Assembly (NCBI GenBank): GCA_020052515.1
Contig: JAGVOW010000080.1
Span: 7,993 to 71,992 of the forward strand
From: Brevinematales bacterium
GTDB taxonomy: Bacteria; Spirochaetota; Brevinematia; Brevinematales; JAOACQ01
Direction of reading: 5' to 3'
DNA length: 64,000 bases
Shown here: piece after piece, positions 44,217 to 56,710 of the stretch
Position numbering within the stretch: position 1 is the first letter of the stretch
How the letters are laid out: each line of letters begins with the position of its first letter
Made by a program: the position numbers and the translations under genes
Notes under the pieces: generated by a model
Seen by the model: only the letters and a program-made list of their open reading frames with translations
Databases searched by the model: none
What the model was told of the DNA's origin: nothing

Positions 44217-44851
44217 TATTTTCTCCTTTCTTTCTCTTCTTTATAAATCCAGACCTTGATACCAATGATGCCCATTTCAGTAAGGCTTTCCGAAACCTTA
44301 TAATCAATATCCGCGGTCAAAGTACTCAAAGGAAGCCTTCCCTCTTTAAATTCTTCCGTACGAGCAATTTCAGCACCATTCAACCTGCCGGAAAGCCTGA
44401 CCTTAATACCCTTCGCGCCAGATTTGATAGCATTTCTAATAGCCTGCTTTATTGCCCTTTTATAAGCAATTCTTCTTTCAATCTGCCTTGCTATATCCTG
44501 GCCTACTACGCCAGCATCCAGCTCCGGGTTTTTTATCTCCCGGACAGAAACAGATACTTTCTTGTTTTGAATAATTTTTTCTAAAGACTTAGAAATATTT
44601 TCTATCTCTGCGCCTTTTTTACCAATAATAATTCCCGGTTTGGCAGCATTAATGATAACATTAACCAATTGAGGAAAACGGCTGATTTCAATTTTTGAAA
44701 CAAAAGCTTTAGAATAGTTTTTATTAATGTACGCTCTTATTTTAAAATCCTCTATCAAATAACTAACATAATCTTTTTCGCTGTACCAAATAGAATCCCA
44801 GGTTTTTACGATTCCCAATCTGTAAGAAACTGGATTTACTTTCTGACCCAT
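44216..44851 (-). CDS. rpsC: 30S ribosomal protein S3
   Basis: [14 protein letters not shown] ... KH domain [10 protein letters not shown] ... [10 protein letters not shown]. Confidence 0.95.
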   Translation of the reverse strand: MGQKVNPVSYRLGIVKTWDSIWYSEKDYVSYLIEDFKIRAYINKNYSKAFVSKIEISRFPQLVNVIINAAKPGIIIGKKGAEIENISKSLEKIIQNKKVSVSVREIKNPELDAGVVGQDIARQIERRIAYKRAIKQAIRNAIKSGAKGIKVRLSGRLNGAEIARTEEFKEGRLPLSTLTADIDYKVSESLTEMGIIGIKVWIYKEEKERRK

Positions 44852-44870
44852 GATTTACCTCTCCAACCCT

Positions 44871-45221
44871 TTATTCCGGTTTATTCACTTCATTGCCAAC
44901 CAGCACGCTTAAATGAGAAGACTGCTTTCTCAAAACATCCGCCCTTCCCCGCGCTCTGGGCATCATTCTCCTCATAACGGGAGCCTGATCTACATAAATA
45001 GAAAGAATTTTTAAACCCTTATCATCCGATTCAGGAAATCGATTTTTAAAATTCGCTTTAGCGGAAAAGAGGACTTTATAAGCCATTTTAGCACCTTTTT
45101 GAGGAACCGTTTTCAAAACAAAAAGAGCATCCTCGAGCGACTTTCCAGAAACCAATTTAATTACTTTTCTCAACTTAAGAGGAGAAATCCTCAAATTTCT
45201 ACCTTTTGCTTTGGCATTCAT
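44871..45221 (-). CDS. rplV: 50S ribosomal protein L22
   Basis: RISPLKLRKVIKLVSGKSLEDALFVL ... RMMPRARGRADVLRKQSSHL. Confidence 0.95.
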   Translation of the reverse strand: MNAKAKGRNLRISPLKLRKVIKLVSGKSLEDALFVLKTVPQKGAKMAYKVLFSAKANFKNRFPESDDKGLKILSIYVDQAPVMRRMMPRARGRADVLRKQSSHLSVLVGNEVNKPE

Positions 45222-45238
45222 AGCAATACTCCATTCAC

Positions 45239-45523
45239 TTACGCTTCTTTCTCAACTTTTTTCGTCCCAGAATGAGCACGAAAAATCCTGGTAGGAGAAA
45301 ACTCTCCCAGCTTATGCCCCACCATGTTCTCCGAGATATAAACGGGGACGAATATTTTACCATTATATACCTGAATTGTCAAGCCAATCATCTCTGGGAT
45401 AATGGTAGAACGCCTCGACCATGTTTTGATTGGCTTCTTATCCGCTGATTCTTGAACCGCTACTACCTTCTTATACAATTTCGAGTCAACAAACGGGCCT
45501 TTCTTGATTGACCTTGACATCAC
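45239..45523 (-). CDS. rpsS: 30S ribosomal protein S19
   Basis: [11 protein letters not shown] ... [25 protein letters not shown] ... GHKLGEF.PTR. Confidence 0.95.
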   Translation of the reverse strand: MMSRSIKKGPFVDSKLYKKVVAVQESADKKPIKTWSRRSTIIPEMIGLTIQVYNGKIFVPVYISENMVGHKLGEFSPTRIFRAHSGTKKVEKEA

Positions 45524-45539
45524 TTTACTCCATTAAAGA

Positions 45540-46370
45540 TTATTTTCTCTTAGATAAAATATATTGGTTTGAAAACTTATCGCGTTTTCTAGTTTTATAA
45601 CCTTTTGCCGGAACACCAGTAGGGCTAACCGGCGTCTTATATCCCTTCTGCTTACCTCTACCTCCGCCATGCGGGTGGTCTACTTTATTCATGGCCACAC
45701 CCCGCACAAACGGCCTGATTCCCAAATGCCTTGACTTTCCAGCTTTACCCAGAAAAACATTGCCCCAATCCGCATTACCCACTTCACCCACTGTGGCAGT
45801 ACATTCCAATAAAATCATACGAATTTCACCAGAAGGCATCCTTAGAATCGCGTATTTCCCCTCTTTACCATCCAGCTTAGCATGAGTTCCAGCCGAACGT
45901 GCTATTTGGCCGCCTTTTCCAGGCTTTATTTCAATATTATGAACCACCGTACCTACAGGCATATTCTTCAAAGGAAGAGTGTTGCCTGGCTTAATTTCAG
46001 CTTTGCTTCCCGCTTCTATAAGATCTCCAACCTTTAAACCATTAGGGGCAAGAATATACCTTTTTTCTCCGTCCAGATAATGTAGCAAAGCAATCCTGGC
46101 TGTCCTGTTTGGATCATACTCAATAGAAATCACTTTCGCAGTAACTTCAAGCTTATCTCTTTTAAAGTCCAGAATACGATAAAACCTTTTGTTACCGCCG
46201 CCTCTATGCCTGACTGTAATACGCCCATTTGAATTACGGCCATTACCACGACCCCTTTTCGTCCCGCCAATTAAACTTTTCTCCGGCTCGACTGCAGTAA
46301 TTTCTTTATAATCCAAACTAACCTTATGTCTCAATCCAGCTGTAACCGGCTTAAACCGCTTTAATCCCAT
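45540..46370 (-). CDS. rplB: 50S ribosomal protein L2
   Basis: [20 protein letters not shown] ... HPHGGGRGK. Confidence 0.95.
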   Translation of the reverse strand: MGLKRFKPVTAGLRHKVSLDYKEITAVEPEKSLIGGTKRGRGNGRNSNGRITVRHRGGGNKRFYRILDFKRDKLEVTAKVISIEYDPNRTARIALLHYLDGEKRYILAPNGLKVGDLIEAGSKAEIKPGNTLPLKNMPVGTVVHNIEIKPGKGGQIARSAGTHAKLDGKEGKYAILRMPSGEIRMILLECTATVGEVGNADWGNVFLGKAGKSRHLGIRPFVRGVAMNKVDHPHGGGRGKQKGYKTPVSPTGVPAKGYKTRKRDKFSNQYILSKRK

Positions 46371-46393
46371 AGAAAACCTCTTTGTTATACTTT

Positions 46394-46675
46394 TTAAGCT
46401 TTATAGAAATCTATTTCGCCTTCTCTTAATGTTACTACCGCTTTTTTCCACATATCGGTATAGCCGTAACTGGATCTTACTCTTTTCCACTTCGGAGACA
46501 TCAAAGCAACATTCACTTTTTCAACCTTCACTTTATATAAAGACTCAACTGCCTTTTTCACCTCTATTTTATTAGCGCTTCTGGCAATTTTAAAAGCATA
46601 CTTTTTGGAAGTCTTCATTTTACTTGCTTTTTCGGTAATAATAGGCGTAATTAAAACTGTGTTTAAATCTTTCAT
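46394..46675 (-). CDS. rplW: 50S ribosomal protein L23
   Basis: ITEKASKM.....[26 protein letters not shown]. Confidence 0.93.
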   Translation of the reverse strand: MKDLNTVLITPIITEKASKMKTSKKYAFKIARSANKIEVKKAVESLYKVKVEKVNVALMSPKWKRVRSSYGYTDMWKKAVVTLREGEIDFYKA

Positions 46676-47316
46676 TTTTTATCTCCGCCGCTAAAAACTT
46701 CTTTCATCCTTTTGTCCAGCTCTAAAAGCGCTTTTTCTGATATCAGCACTCTATCCGCGTAAACCAAAGGCAGGATATCTATATTCCCAAGGAAAAGCGT
46801 AGTCACATTTGGAATATTCCGGGAAGCCAGGTAAAGACTTCCATTGTAATCAGGAACTACCATTACAATATTCTCTTGAGTGTTTTCAACATAATTTTTC
46901 AAGAGGCTTAAAAAGTCCTTCGTCTTTTTGCTTTCAAAAACTATATCCTGGAAAACAACCAACCTTTCTTTTTCGTTCAACATGGAAAAAATCGCTACAT
47001 ATGCTTTTAACCGCTGCTTTTTGTTAATAGACTTCGAAAAGTCCCTTGGTTTTGGGCCAAAAGTAACTCCACCACCTCTCCATAAAGGGGAACGCGTAGA
47101 ACCAGCTCTCGCTCTGCCCAATCCTTTCTGCTTCCAGGGTTTCTTTCCACCGCCTCTTACTTCAGATTTAGTTTTAGTAAAAGCATTGCCTTCCCTCTCA
47201 TGAGAAAGCCGGGAAACAACAGCCTGATACAAAACTTTTTCTGATCTTTCTTTCGAGATAAAAGAAATTTCTATTTCCTTTGCTTTCTTTTTTCCATCAA
47301 CTACCGCTAACTTCAT
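46672..47316 (-). CDS. rplD: 50S ribosomal protein L4
   Basis: GGGKKPWKQKGLGRARAGSTRSPLWRGGGVTFGP. Confidence 0.95.
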   Translation of the reverse strand: MKLAVVDGKKKAKEIEISFISKERSEKVLYQAVVSRLSHEREGNAFTKTKSEVRGGGKKPWKQKGLGRARAGSTRSPLWRGGGVTFGPKPRDFSKSINKKQRLKAYVAIFSMLNEKERLVVFQDIVFESKKTKDFLSLLKNYVENTQENIVMVVPDYNGSLYLASRNIPNVTTLFLGNIDILPLVYADRVLISEKALLELDKRMKEVFSGGDKK

Positions 47317-47324
47317 AAATCACC

Positions 47325-47909
47325 CTATCCTCTTATAGAATCTCTAATCCAAACATAAGAATTTTTAGAACCGGGTATTGAGCCTTGAATAAAAAGCAAC
47401 TTTTTCTCTTTATCAACTTTAATAAGCTTTTGATTCAAAGTACAAATCTGAGAATTCCCATAATGACCCGGCATTTTCTGTCCTTTCCAAACTTTAGCAG
47501 GATAAGTATGGCCGCCAATAGAACCAGGCCTTCTATGCCAATGTTTAGCGCCATGAGCAGCCGGACCGCCATGAAAGCCATGCCGCTTCATTACTCCAGT
47601 AAAGCCCCTTCCTTTCATCATCCCAAACACATCGACTTTTTTTAGGCCTTCTAAAACATCCAGATATTTTTCCTCATCATAAATAGACGCATCAGGAACT
47701 CTTACTTCCTGAATAAACCTTGCTTTTTCTTTCTTGTCAAAACCGCAACCCAGTATAGCGGCCAGATAACCGTCTTTTTCAACAGTACGCTTGCCAAGCA
47801 AAGACATATCAGAAAAGTCTACCACTGTCACGCCTACTAAACTATCAGTTAAAAAAAACTGGGTCATCCCCAGTTTTTTCCCAATTATTCCCAATTTTTT
47901 AGCTTTCAT
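47325..47909 (-). CDS. rplC: 50S ribosomal protein L3
   Basis: GIIGKKLGMTQ ... KGRGFTGVMKRHGF.GGPAAHG. Confidence 0.95.
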   Translation of the reverse strand: MKAKKLGIIGKKLGMTQFFLTDSLVGVTVVDFSDMSLLGKRTVEKDGYLAAILGCGFDKKEKARFIQEVRVPDASIYDEEKYLDVLEGLKKVDVFGMMKGRGFTGVMKRHGFHGGPAAHGAKHWHRRPGSIGGHTYPAKVWKGQKMPGHYGNSQICTLNQKLIKVDKEKKLLFIQGSIPGSKNSYVWIRDSIRG

Positions 47910-47933
47910 CTTATTTCCACCTACATAATTCTA

Positions 47934-48236
47934 TTACTGTTTGATCTCCACTTCTACTCCGGCCGGCAATTGAAGTTCCATAAGCGCATTCACCAGATCA
48001 GAACTTGGATCATGGATATCAATTAAACGTTTATGAATCCTCATCTCAAACTGCTCCCTCGCGTCTTTATTTACATGCGGAGAGGTCAAAACAGTATACT
48101 TTTTTATCCGAGTAGGTAAAGGCACAGGCCCTGAGACCCGGCCTCCCTTACTCTTTACCGATTCCACTATAGAATGAGCTGATTTATCAATCAAACTCAC
48201 ATCGTAGGCTTTGAGCCTAACTCTTATTCTACTCAC
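47934..48236 (-). CDS. rpsJ: 30S ribosomal protein S10
   Basis: IRVRLKAYD...LD ... [39 protein letters not shown]. Confidence 0.95.
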   Translation of the reverse strand: MSRIRVRLKAYDVSLIDKSAHSIVESVKSKGGRVSGPVPLPTRIKKYTVLTSPHVNKDAREQFEMRIHKRLIDIHDPSSDLVNALMELQLPAGVEVEIKQ

Positions 48237-48250
48237 CGAAAAACCTCTTA

Positions 48251-49456
48251 TTATTCAATAATTTGGGTAACGACACCTGCTCCAATTGTCTTTCCGCCTT
48301 CGCGGATAGCAAAGTGCAAACCCTTTTCGATACCAACAACCACAATCAGCTCAATCGTCATATTAACATTATCTCCTGGCATAACCATATCCGCACCATC
48401 AATACCAGCAAGAGTTCCCGTCACATCAGCGGTTTTAATAAAGAACTGTGGCCTATAACCTACATGAAATGGAGTCTTTCGTCCACCTTCTTCAGGTTTC
48501 AAGACATACACTTCCGCTTTAAACTTCTTGTGGGGCGTAATTGAACCAGTTTTTGCCAATACCATACCTCTGCGAATCGCATCTTTCTCAACACCTCTCA
48601 AGAGAAGTCCAACATTGTCTCCCGCCTGGCCGTCATCCAGAAGCTTTCTAAACATTTCCACACCTGTAACAACAGTCTTCGAGGTGTCTTTATAGCCAAC
48701 AATTTCTATTTCTTCTCCTACTTTGATTTTACCTCTTTCAATTCTACCGGTAGCCACTGTACCTCTACCGGTAATCGAGAAGATATCTTCAATAGGCATC
48801 AGAAAAGGCTTATCCAATTCACGAACAGGATCTTTAAAGAAGTTGTCCATAGCATCCGTTAACTCCTTCAAACAAGCGTATTCAGGAGCGTTCGGATCCG
48901 TAGAAGTAGATTCAGAAGCCTTCAAAGCCGATCCTTTGATGATAGGAGTCGTATCCCCAGGGAATTTATACTGATTCAAAAGCTCACGAATATCCATCTC
49001 CACCAGATCAATCAACTCCTTGTCTTCAGCAGAAATTTGATCCACCTTGTTGATAAACACGATAATAGAAGGAACTTCTACCTGACGAGCCAAGAGAACA
49101 TGCTCCCTCGTTTGAGGCATCACACCGTCAGTAGCCGCCACAACAAGTATCGCGCCATCCATCTGCGCAGCACCCGTGATCATATTTTTAATATAATCAG
49201 CATGACCCGGACAGTCTACATGGGCATAATGTCTTTTATCTGTCTCATACTCAACATGCGCTGTGTTAATAGTAATACCTCTGGCTTTTTCTTCGGGCGC
49301 GTTATCAATTTCATCATATTTCTTTACTTTTGCTTTCCCTGAAAAAGACAGGTACTTTGTAATAGTTGCTGTTAAAGTAGTTTTACCATGATCCACATGT
49401 CCTATCGTACCTACATTCAAATGCGGTTTTGTTCTTTCAAATTTACCTTCAGCCAT
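48251..49456 (-). CDS. tuf: Elongation factor Tu
   Basis: [31 protein letters not shown]. 401 aa. Confidence 0.97.
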   Translation of the reverse strand: MAEGKFERTKPHLNVGTIGHVDHGKTTLTATITKYLSFSGKAKVKKYDEIDNAPEEKARGITINTAHVEYETDKRHYAHVDCPGHADYIKNMITGAAQMDGAILVVAATDGVMPQTREHVLLARQVEVPSIIVFINKVDQISAEDKELIDLVEMDIRELLNQYKFPGDTTPIIKGSALKASESTSTDPNAPEYACLKELTDAMDNFFKDPVRELDKPFLMPIEDIFSITGRGTVATGRIERGKIKVGEEIEIVGYKDTSKTVVTGVEMFRKLLDDGQAGDNVGLLLRGVEKDAIRRGMVLAKTGSITPHKKFKAEVYVLKPEEGGRKTPFHVGYRPQFFIKTADVTGTLAGIDGADMVMPGDNVNMTIELIVVVGIEKGLHFAIREGGKTIGAGVVTQIIE

Positions 49457-49504
49457 TGTATATCCTCCTCACACTTTTTTCTATTCTGTTTTCAGAAAGA
49501 CTCT

Positions 49505-51589
49505 CTATTTTTCTGCCTTTAAAACACTTTCCCACAAATTCTTAGGCACTTCAGAATAATGATCCAATGCCATCACATAAGTTCCTCTTCCCTGAGTAAT
49601 AGACCGCAGTACCGTAGCGTATCCAAACATTTCTCCAAGCGGTACATGACCAGTGATCACTCTCGCGTTTCCACGAGGATCCATTCCATTCACCTTTGCC
49701 CTTCTCGAACTCAGATCGCCAATTACATCTCCCAAATAATCTTCGGGAACCACTACATCCACTTTCATAATCGGTTCAAGTAAAGCAGCATCCGCAGCAG
49801 CCATTCCATCTTTAAAAGCTTTAGAAGCCGCTATTTTAAATGCCATTTCAGAAGAATCCACCTCGTGATAAGAACCATCCAATAAAGAAACCCTCACATC
49901 CACGACTGGATAACCTCCAATCATACCATTATTAATAGCTTCCTCTACACCCTTTTGAACCGCAGGGATATATTCTCGCGGAATCCTTCCGCCTATTACC
50001 TTGTCCACAAATTCAAAACCTTTTCCAGCCTCAAGAGGCTCCAGCTCAATGATCACATGGCCATACTGACCACGGCCACCGCTTTGCCGAACATACTTTC
50101 CTTCAACTTTAGCAGATTTCTTTATGGTTTCACGATAAGCCACCTGGGGCTTACCAATATTTGCCTGCACTTTAAACTCTCGGAGCATACGATCCACAAT
50201 AATCTCCAGATGAAGCTCCCCCATTCCATAAATTAAAGTTTGATTGGTTTCTTCATCCGTCTTTACTCTAAAAGTAGGATCTTCTTCCTGCAACTTCCTT
50301 AAAGATTCTGACATTTTATCAATATCTTCTTTCGTTTTTGGCTCAATAGCCACAGAAATAACAGGTTCTGGAAAGTCTATAGCCTCCAGAATTATCGGCC
50401 TGCCCTCATCAGTAACACTATCACCCGTAACAGTTTCTTTAAAACCAACTACCGCAACTATATCTCCAGCGGAAACTGAATCAATTTCTTCTCTCTTATT
50501 CGCATGCATTCGGAGCAACCTTGCCACTCTTTCTTTCTGTCGTTTATTCACATTATAAATATAACTGCCTTTATCCAATGTACCCGAATAGACCCTTACA
50601 AAAACCAGCTTTCCAACATAAGGATCCACCATCACCTTAAAAGCAAGGCCCGCAAAAGGATCGGTAGCATTGGGTTTACAAACTTCTTCTTTATTATCTT
50701 TTATATTAGTCCCCTTTGCCGGCTCAATATCCAACGGGGAAGGAAGATAATCTAATACCGCATCAAGCAAAAGCTGCATTCCCTTGTTTTTCAAAGCGCT
50801 TCCACAAACCACCGGAAAAAGCTTGCTCTGAATCACCATTTTCCGCAAACCTTTTTTTATTTCTTCAACAGACAACTCCTGCCCTTCTAAATATTTTTCC
50901 ATCAATTCATCATTACCGTCGCAAATATTGTCCAATAAAGAAATCCGAAACTGGTCTATTTTCGGCTTTAAATCTTCCGGAATAGGAACTTCATTAAAAT
51001 TCAAACCTTCCGAATCATCATTCGGCCAGATATAAGCCTTTTTTGTAATAATATCAACAGTACCCATAAAATCGCTTTCAGCCCCAATAGGCAACTGAAT
51101 CGGAATAGCCTTGACTCCCAGTTTCTTCCACATCGATTCAACCGACTTATAAAAATCAGCGCCGATTTTATCCATTTTATTAATAAAAGCAATCCTTGGT
51201 ACATTGTACTTATCCGCTTGACGCCAAACCGTTTCGGATTGAGGTTCAACTCCTTCCCCGCCGTCAAAAACCGCCACAGCTCCATCGAGCACTCTCAACG
51301 ATCTTTCTACTTCTGCCGTAAAATCAACGTGGCCAGGCGTATCGATCAAATTAATCTTATAATCTTTCCAAAAACATGTAGTAGCGGCGCTGGTAATCGT
51401 AATACCTCTTTCTTTTTCCTGTACCATCCAGTCCATCTCAGCCGCACCTTCATGAACCTCACCTATTTTATGAGTCTTTCCTGTATAAAAAAGGACTCTT
51501 TCACTCGCTGTTGTTTTACCAGCGTCAATATGCGCCGCAATACCAATATTTCTCACTCTATCCAGAGGATATACTTTATCCGCCGCCAT
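49505..51589 (-). CDS. fusA: Elongation factor G
   Basis: [27 protein letters not shown]. 694 aa. Confidence 0.97.
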   Translation of the reverse strand: MAADKVYPLDRVRNIGIAAHIDAGKTTASERVLFYTGKTHKIGEVHEGAAEMDWMVQEKERGITITSAATTCFWKDYKINLIDTPGHVDFTAEVERSLRVLDGAVAVFDGGEGVEPQSETVWRQADKYNVPRIAFINKMDKIGADFYKSVESMWKKLGVKAIPIQLPIGAESDFMGTVDIITKKAYIWPNDDSEGLNFNEVPIPEDLKPKIDQFRISLLDNICDGNDELMEKYLEGQELSVEEIKKGLRKMVIQSKLFPVVCGSALKNKGMQLLLDAVLDYLPSPLDIEPAKGTNIKDNKEEVCKPNATDPFAGLAFKVMVDPYVGKLVFVRVYSGTLDKGSYIYNVNKRQKERVARLLRMHANKREEIDSVSAGDIVAVVGFKETVTGDSVTDEGRPIILEAIDFPEPVISVAIEPKTKEDIDKMSESLRKLQEEDPTFRVKTDEETNQTLIYGMGELHLEIIVDRMLREFKVQANIGKPQVAYRETIKKSAKVEGKYVRQSGGRGQYGHVIIELEPLEAGKGFEFVDKVIGGRIPREYIPAVQKGVEEAINNGMIGGYPVVDVRVSLLDGSYHEVDSSEMAFKIAASKAFKDGMAAADAALLEPIMKVDVVVPEDYLGDVIGDLSSRRAKVNGMDPRGNARVITGHVPLGEMFGYATVLRSITQGRGTYVMALDHYSEVPKNLWESVLKAEK

Positions 51590-51601
51590 ACTTCTTTCCC
51601 C

Positions 51602-52075
51602 TTACCACTTATAATGCGCAAAAGCCTTGTTCGCTTCAGCCATTTTAATTGTGTCGATTTTTTTCTTTATACATGAACCTGTATTGTTATAAGCATCTAA
51701 AAGCTCTTTACCCAGCTTCTCTATCATAGAATGTTCTTTCCGCTCTCTTGCTAAATTTACCAACCAGCGAAGAGATAAAGAAAGCTGCCTCTCCGGACGA
51801 ACTTCTGTAGGAACCTGATAAGTAGCCCCTCCCACTCTTCTAGAACGAACTTCCACAGGAGGCTTAATATTCAACATCGCTTTTTCAAAAGCCGCCATCT
51901 CTGATTCACCCGTTTTTTCACCAATATAAACCAACGCACCATAAACAATCTTCTTAGAAGTGTCTTTTTTTCCATCCAACATAAGACGATTGATCAGCTT
52001 CTGTACCACAAGACTATTGTACTTTGAATCCGGCGAAACTCTATCTTTCGCAACCCTATTTCCTTTTCTCGGCAT
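51602..52075 (-). CDS. rpsG: 30S ribosomal protein S7
   Basis: MPRKG ... [16 protein letters not shown] ... [10 protein letters not shown]. Confidence 0.95.
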   Translation of the reverse strand: MPRKGNRVAKDRVSPDSKYNSLVVQKLINRLMLDGKKDTSKKIVYGALVYIGEKTGESEMAAFEKAMLNIKPPVEVRSRRVGGATYQVPTEVRPERQLSLSLRWLVNLARERKEHSMIEKLGKELLDAYNNTGSCIKKKIDTIKMAEANKAFAHYKW

Positions 52076-52091
52076 AAACTATTCCTCTTCC

Positions 52092-52466
52092 TTACGATTT
52101 AGCTTTTTTAGCGCCATATTTTGAACGGCTGGTTTCTCTTTTCTCCACACCCATAGAGTCCAGAGTTCCCCTTACTATATGATACCTAACCCCCGGCAAG
52201 TCTTTCACTCTTCCACCGCGAATCATAACCACTGAGTGCTCCTGCAGATTGTGCCCTATTCCAGGAATATAAGCGGTCACTTCTGTTCCACTCACCAACC
52301 TCACTCTCGCTATCTTTCTGAGAGCCGAGTTTGGCTTTTTAGGCGTCATAGTCGTCACCCTGACACAAACTCCACGTTTTTGCGGGTTAGACTGCAGAGC
52401 AGGGGATTTACTTTTATACTTTAAAATTTCCCTGCCTTTTCGAACCAATTGACTTATTGTCGGCAT
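52092..52466 (-). CDS. rpsL: 30S ribosomal protein S12
   Basis: [12 protein letters not shown] ... [16 protein letters not shown] ... [16 protein letters not shown]. Confidence 0.97.
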   Translation of the reverse strand: MPTISQLVRKGREILKYKSKSPALQSNPQKRGVCVRVTTMTPKKPNSALRKIARVRLVSGTEVTAYIPGIGHNLQEHSVVMIRGGRVKDLPGVRYHIVRGTLDSMGVEKRETSRSKYGAKKAKS

Positions 52467-52510
52467 ACTAATACCTCATCTTCCTATTTAAGCAAATTAA
52501 AGAGGGACAT

Positions 52511-52539
52511 ATTATAAAAAGCAAACGTCGTATTGTCAA
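52511..52539 (-). promoter_or_regulatory. Consensus sigma70-type promoter upstream of rpsL (TTGACA-17-TATAAT)
   Basis: Minus strand reads TTGACA atacgacgtttgctttt TATAAT, 44 nt upstream of the rpsL ATG. Confidence 0.6.
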
Positions 52540-52596
52540 ATTTTTAGTTCAAATAATCACTTTCTAGACAATTCAGAAGATACAGCTATATCCTTT

Positions 52597-55500
52597 TCAA
52601 TCCGCTAGCTTTATTTTTATATTCTGATAATAGCGGATACCTGTCCCCGCAGGAATCAACTGCCCTATCACCAGATTTTCCTTCAATCCTTCCAGTTTAT
52701 CTTTAGCGCTTTTCAAAGCAGCACTGGATAAAACCCTCGGAGTTTCCTGGAAAGAAGCCGCAGACAGGAAACTTTCCGTAAACAAAGAGGCTTTTGTAAG
52801 GCCCATCAATATTGGCCTTGCTTTAGCCGGCTGGCCTCCCTGACGCAGAATGTTTTCATTTTCTTTATAGAAACGAATCTTATCTACATTCTGACCGGAT
52901 ATAAATTCTGTGTCTCCCGGATTAACCACTTCCACTTTTTTCAGCATTTGACGGATAATAACGCTAATGTGCTTTTCATTAATATCCACACCCTGCAGCC
53001 GGTAAACAGATTGAATTTCATTAAGGAGAAACTCATTCACCTTTGTGTAACCCAATACTTTCAAAATATCGTGCGAACTAATCACACCGTCACACAAAAG
53101 TTCTCCTGCCTGAACCTTATCTCCAATCCTTACAAATATATTTTTACCCGTCGGCACCACATGAGAAAAAGAAACACTATTTTTTGCCTTCACTAATATG
53201 ACATATTTGCCTTTTTTTTGCTCTATGTTTTCCACTATGCCATTTACTTTCGCAATCACCGCGATATTTTTTGGCTTTCTGGATTCAAAGAGCTCAGTCA
53301 CTCTCGGCAAACCACCAATAATGTCTTTCGTTCTTCTTTTTGCCACAGGCCTTCTTGCTATAATGTCACCAGGATAAACCTTCTCTCCTTCCGGAACCAC
53401 CAGAGATGTACCGTGGACTAAAACAAATCTTTCCAGCTCTTCGTTCTTATTATCATAAACGACTAGAATGTTTTTATTTTTTTCCTGTGAATCACCTACT
53501 TTCTCCATGGCAAAACCGACAACACCTTCGTGCTCACTAATGAAAACTTCATTATAAGGATCAAAATCGGCTATCCTTTCGCCTTTTTTTACCACTTCGT
53601 CTTGCTTAACATAAACTAAAGCACCAATTCTAATAGGATACTCATTCAAATTACTTTCTAAGATATAAACATCGTCTTTTTCCACAGCTACAGTCACTTT
53701 TTTTCCAAATTTCACTTCATCACCATCAGCCAGGCGAAAAACCACCTTCTCGCTCAAAAATTCCTTGCCATGGATTGCCGCTGCGGCTTTTTTGCTCTCC
53801 AGTTCGCTCACCTTATATTGCTTAATAATCTTACGTACTTTTAAGTAGGATTTCCTCGGAGCAATAACCTGCGCCTTACCGTTTACTTCTTTAGCGATCA
53901 AATTCTCCGGCAATTCAACAATATAAGCGTCATAAGCCAGTTTTAACTCACTTTCTTCCAGCTGAGTTGCCGCTGTCCCTCCAATATGAAAGGTTCTCAT
54001 GGTAAGCTGGGTTCCAGGCTGGCCAATTGATTCCGCGGCAATAATCCCCACTGCTTCACCAATATTTACAAGGCTTCTGGCCGACAAATCCCACCCGTAA
54101 CACTTCCCACAAACACCATGCAAAGACTCACAGGTCAATACGCTTCTGATTTTCACCGACTCTACACCCGAATCTTCTACCAATTTTGTCTTTTCTTCAT
54201 CAACAATTTCATTTGCCAGAACCAGAAGATTGCCATTTCTCGGATCATAAATATTCGAAACGCTCACATGCCCTAAAAGCCGATCCCGAAGCAGTTTGAT
54301 TACCTCATCTCCTTCCCGGATAGCCGATATTTCAATCCCTTTGACTGTACCGCAATCCGGTTCGGTAACCACTACATCCTGAGAAATATCAACTAATTTT
54401 CTAGTCAAATAACCCGCGTCTGCCGTTTTTAAAGCCGTATCAGCCAGGCCTTTTCTCGCTCCATGGCTGGAAATAAAATATTCCAATACGGAAAGCCCTT
54501 CTTTAAAATTCGATTTAATAGCCAATTCAATAATTTCACCGGAAGGCTTAGCCATCAAACCTCTCATTCCGGCCAGCTGCCTTATCTGTTCCCGGCTTCC
54601 TCTCGCGCCAGAATCCATCATCACATAAAGCGGATTAAACCCATCCGTGCTATCTTTTAACTTTGTTTCCACCAACTTTTTAATCTTTTCATTCGCGCTC
54701 GCCCAGAGGTCAATTACCTGATTGTATTTTTCATCATGGGTAATCAAACCTTTTCTGGCATTTTCCTCAGTTTTTTCTACTTCTTTTTCAGTCTTTTCCA
54801 CAATTTCATATTTTTCTTCTGGAATTTCTACATCCGCTATGGAAATAGTTACCCCAAAAATAGTAGAGTATTTATAACCGATATTTTTCAGACTGTCCAC
54901 AAATTGAGCTGTTTCTTTGACCCCATTAACTTTATAACACAAGGCAATTAAACCTTCTATTTTTTTACTGGTCAATGTATCGTTAATATAACCCATCTTC
55001 GGCGGAACAATTTCGTTAAATACAACTCTGCCGAAAGTGGTTTCGACCCACTTCCCTTCCACCCGGTATTTTATTCTCTCATGGTAAGACCTTACGCTTC
55101 TGTCTACCGCCAACAAAACTTCTTCCAGAGAATCATAATATTTAAATTTATCCGGGGTTTTTGATTCCGGCTTTGTCAGATAATAAATCCCCAATACCAT
55201 ATCCTGCGTAGGATAAATAATAGGCTTACCGTTTGCGGGATTTAAAAGATTTCTGGAAGAAAGCATCAGCATCCAGGCCTCAATCTGCGCTTCCGGTGTC
55301 AAAGGCACGTGAACCGCCATCTGGTCTCCATCAAAGTCCGCGTTATAAGCATGACAAACCAGAGGGTGAAGTTGAATCGCTTTCTCTTCTATTAATATAG
55401 GTTCAAAGGCTTGAATGCCCAACCGATGCAATGTCGGCGCACGATTGAGCAGAACGGGATGGTCTTTTGTCACATTTTCCAGAATGCCCCACACCAATTC

Positions 55501-56679
55501 ATGCTCGGTTTCTATCATTCTTTTCGCTGCCTTAATATTATGCGCATAACCCTGTTCTACCAGGCCTCTCATAACAAAAGGTTTAAAGAGCTCGAGCGCC
55601 ATTAATTTAGGCAGTCCGCATTGATGCAGTCTCAGGTTCGGCCCGACAATAATCACTGAACGGCCGGAATAATCTACTCTTTTACCCAAAAGATTCTGTC
55701 TAAACCTGCCCTGCTTGCCTTTCAAAATATCAGATAAAGATTTCAAAGGCCTATCGCCATTACCAGTAACCGGATGGGATCTTCTGGAATTATCAAACAA
55801 CGAATCAACCGCGTCCTGTACCATTCTCATTTCATTTTTGATAATAATATCCGGCGCGTTCACGGATTTCAATTTTCGTAAACGGTTATTTCTATTGATG
55901 AGCCTTCTATAAAGATCATTTATATCTGAGGTAGCAAACCGTCCGCCATCCAGGGGCACCATCGGCCTCAAATCCGGCGGGATGACCGGTATCACATCCA
56001 GAATAATCCAGTCCGGCTTGTTGTTAGATTTTCTAATCTCTTCCGCCAATTCAAGCCTTTTTAAAACCTTCTTATCCAATTTTGCCTTCGTTTCTACGAA
56101 TCCCCTCAAAGTATCAATGAGAACATCCATATCAAGATTTTTCAAAATCTTCTTGATCGCTACCGCGCCTGTATCCGCGGTAAAAGTTTCTTTATATTTC
56201 TCCCTGTATTCTTCATATTCTTCGTCTGTTAATACTTGATTTTGCTCCAAATCTGTTTCACCCGGATCAATGACTATGTATTTTTCAAAATAGAGAATAC
56301 TCTGAATATCAGAAGGCGCTACTTCCAGAAGGAGCGCTATTTTACTAGGAACTATGCGGTAGTACCAGATATGAGCGACCGGAGCAGCTAATTCAATATG
56401 GCCTGTCCGGTATCTTCTGACTTTTGCTTCCGTCACCTCAACACCGCATTTATCACAAACTATACCCTTATAACGAATCGACCTGAATTTACCGCAAGAA
56501 CATTCGTAGTCTTTTGTAGGGCCAAATATCTTCTCGCAGAAAAGCCCTTCCCTCTCCGGGCGCAAAGTCCGGTAATTTATCGTCTCGGGTTTTTTCACTT
56601 CCCCGTAAGACAAATTCTTTATCAATTCTGAAGAAGCTAACTGGATGGATATGGAACCAAAACTGGTCGATCCCTTCAT
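52597..56679 (-). CDS. rpoC: DNA-directed RNA polymerase beta' subunit
   Basis: 1360 aa. N-terminal zinc motif CSCGKF...CDKCGVEV. Catalytic YNADFDGDQMAVH. Confidence 0.97.
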   Translation of the reverse strand: MKGSTSFGSISIQLASSELIKNLSYGEVKKPETINYRTLRPEREGLFCEKIFGPTKDYECSCGKFRSIRYKGIVCDKCGVEVTEAKVRRYRTGHIELAAPVAHIWYYRIVPSKIALLLEVAPSDIQSILYFEKYIVIDPGETDLEQNQVLTDEEYEEYREKYKETFTADTGAVAIKKILKNLDMDVLIDTLRGFVETKAKLDKKVLKRLELAEEIRKSNNKPDWIILDVIPVIPPDLRPMVPLDGGRFATSDINDLYRRLINRNNRLRKLKSVNAPDIIIKNEMRMVQDAVDSLFDNSRRSHPVTGNGDRPLKSLSDILKGKQGRFRQNLLGKRVDYSGRSVIIVGPNLRLHQCGLPKLMALELFKPFVMRGLVEQGYAHNIKAAKRMIETEHELVWGILENVTKDHPVLLNRAPTLHRLGIQAFEPILIEEKAIQLHPLVCHAYNADFDGDQMAVHVPLTPEAQIEAWMLMLSSRNLLNPANGKPIIYPTQDMVLGIYYLTKPESKTPDKFKYYDSLEEVLLAVDRSVRSYHERIKYRVEGKWVETTFGRVVFNEIVPPKMGYINDTLTSKKIEGLIALCYKVNGVKETAQFVDSLKNIGYKYSTIFGVTISIADVEIPEEKYEIVEKTEKEVEKTEENARKGLITHDEKYNQVIDLWASANEKIKKLVETKLKDSTDGFNPLYVMMDSGARGSREQIRQLAGMRGLMAKPSGEIIELAIKSNFKEGLSVLEYFISSHGARKGLADTALKTADAGYLTRKLVDISQDVVVTEPDCGTVKGIEISAIREGDEVIKLLRDRLLGHVSVSNIYDPRNGNLLVLANEIVDEEKTKLVEDSGVESVKIRSVLTCESLHGVCGKCYGWDLSARSLVNIGEAVGIIAAESIGQPGTQLTMRTFHIGGTAATQLEESELKLAYDAYIVELPENLIAKEVNGKAQVIAPRKSYLKVRKIIKQYKVSELESKKAAAAIHGKEFLSEKVVFRLADGDEVKFGKKVTVAVEKDDVYILESNLNEYPIRIGALVYVKQDEVVKKGERIADFDPYNEVFISEHEGVVGFAMEKVGDSQEKNKNILVVYDNKNEELERFVLVHGTSLVVPEGEKVYPGDIIARRPVAKRRTKDIIGGLPRVTELFESRKPKNIAVIAKVNGIVENIEQKKGKYVILVKAKNSVSFSHVVPTGKNIFVRIGDKVQAGELLCDGVISSHDILKVLGYTKVNEFLLNEIQSVYRLQGVDINEKHISVIIRQMLKKVEVVNPGDTEFISGQNVDKIRFYKENENILRQGGQPAKARPILMGLTKASLFTESFLSAASFQETPRVLSSAALKSAKDKLEGLKENLVIGQLIPAGTGIRYYQNIKIKLAD

Positions 56680-56710
56680 AGTTTATTCTCCCCAATATTA
56701 TATTTTACTC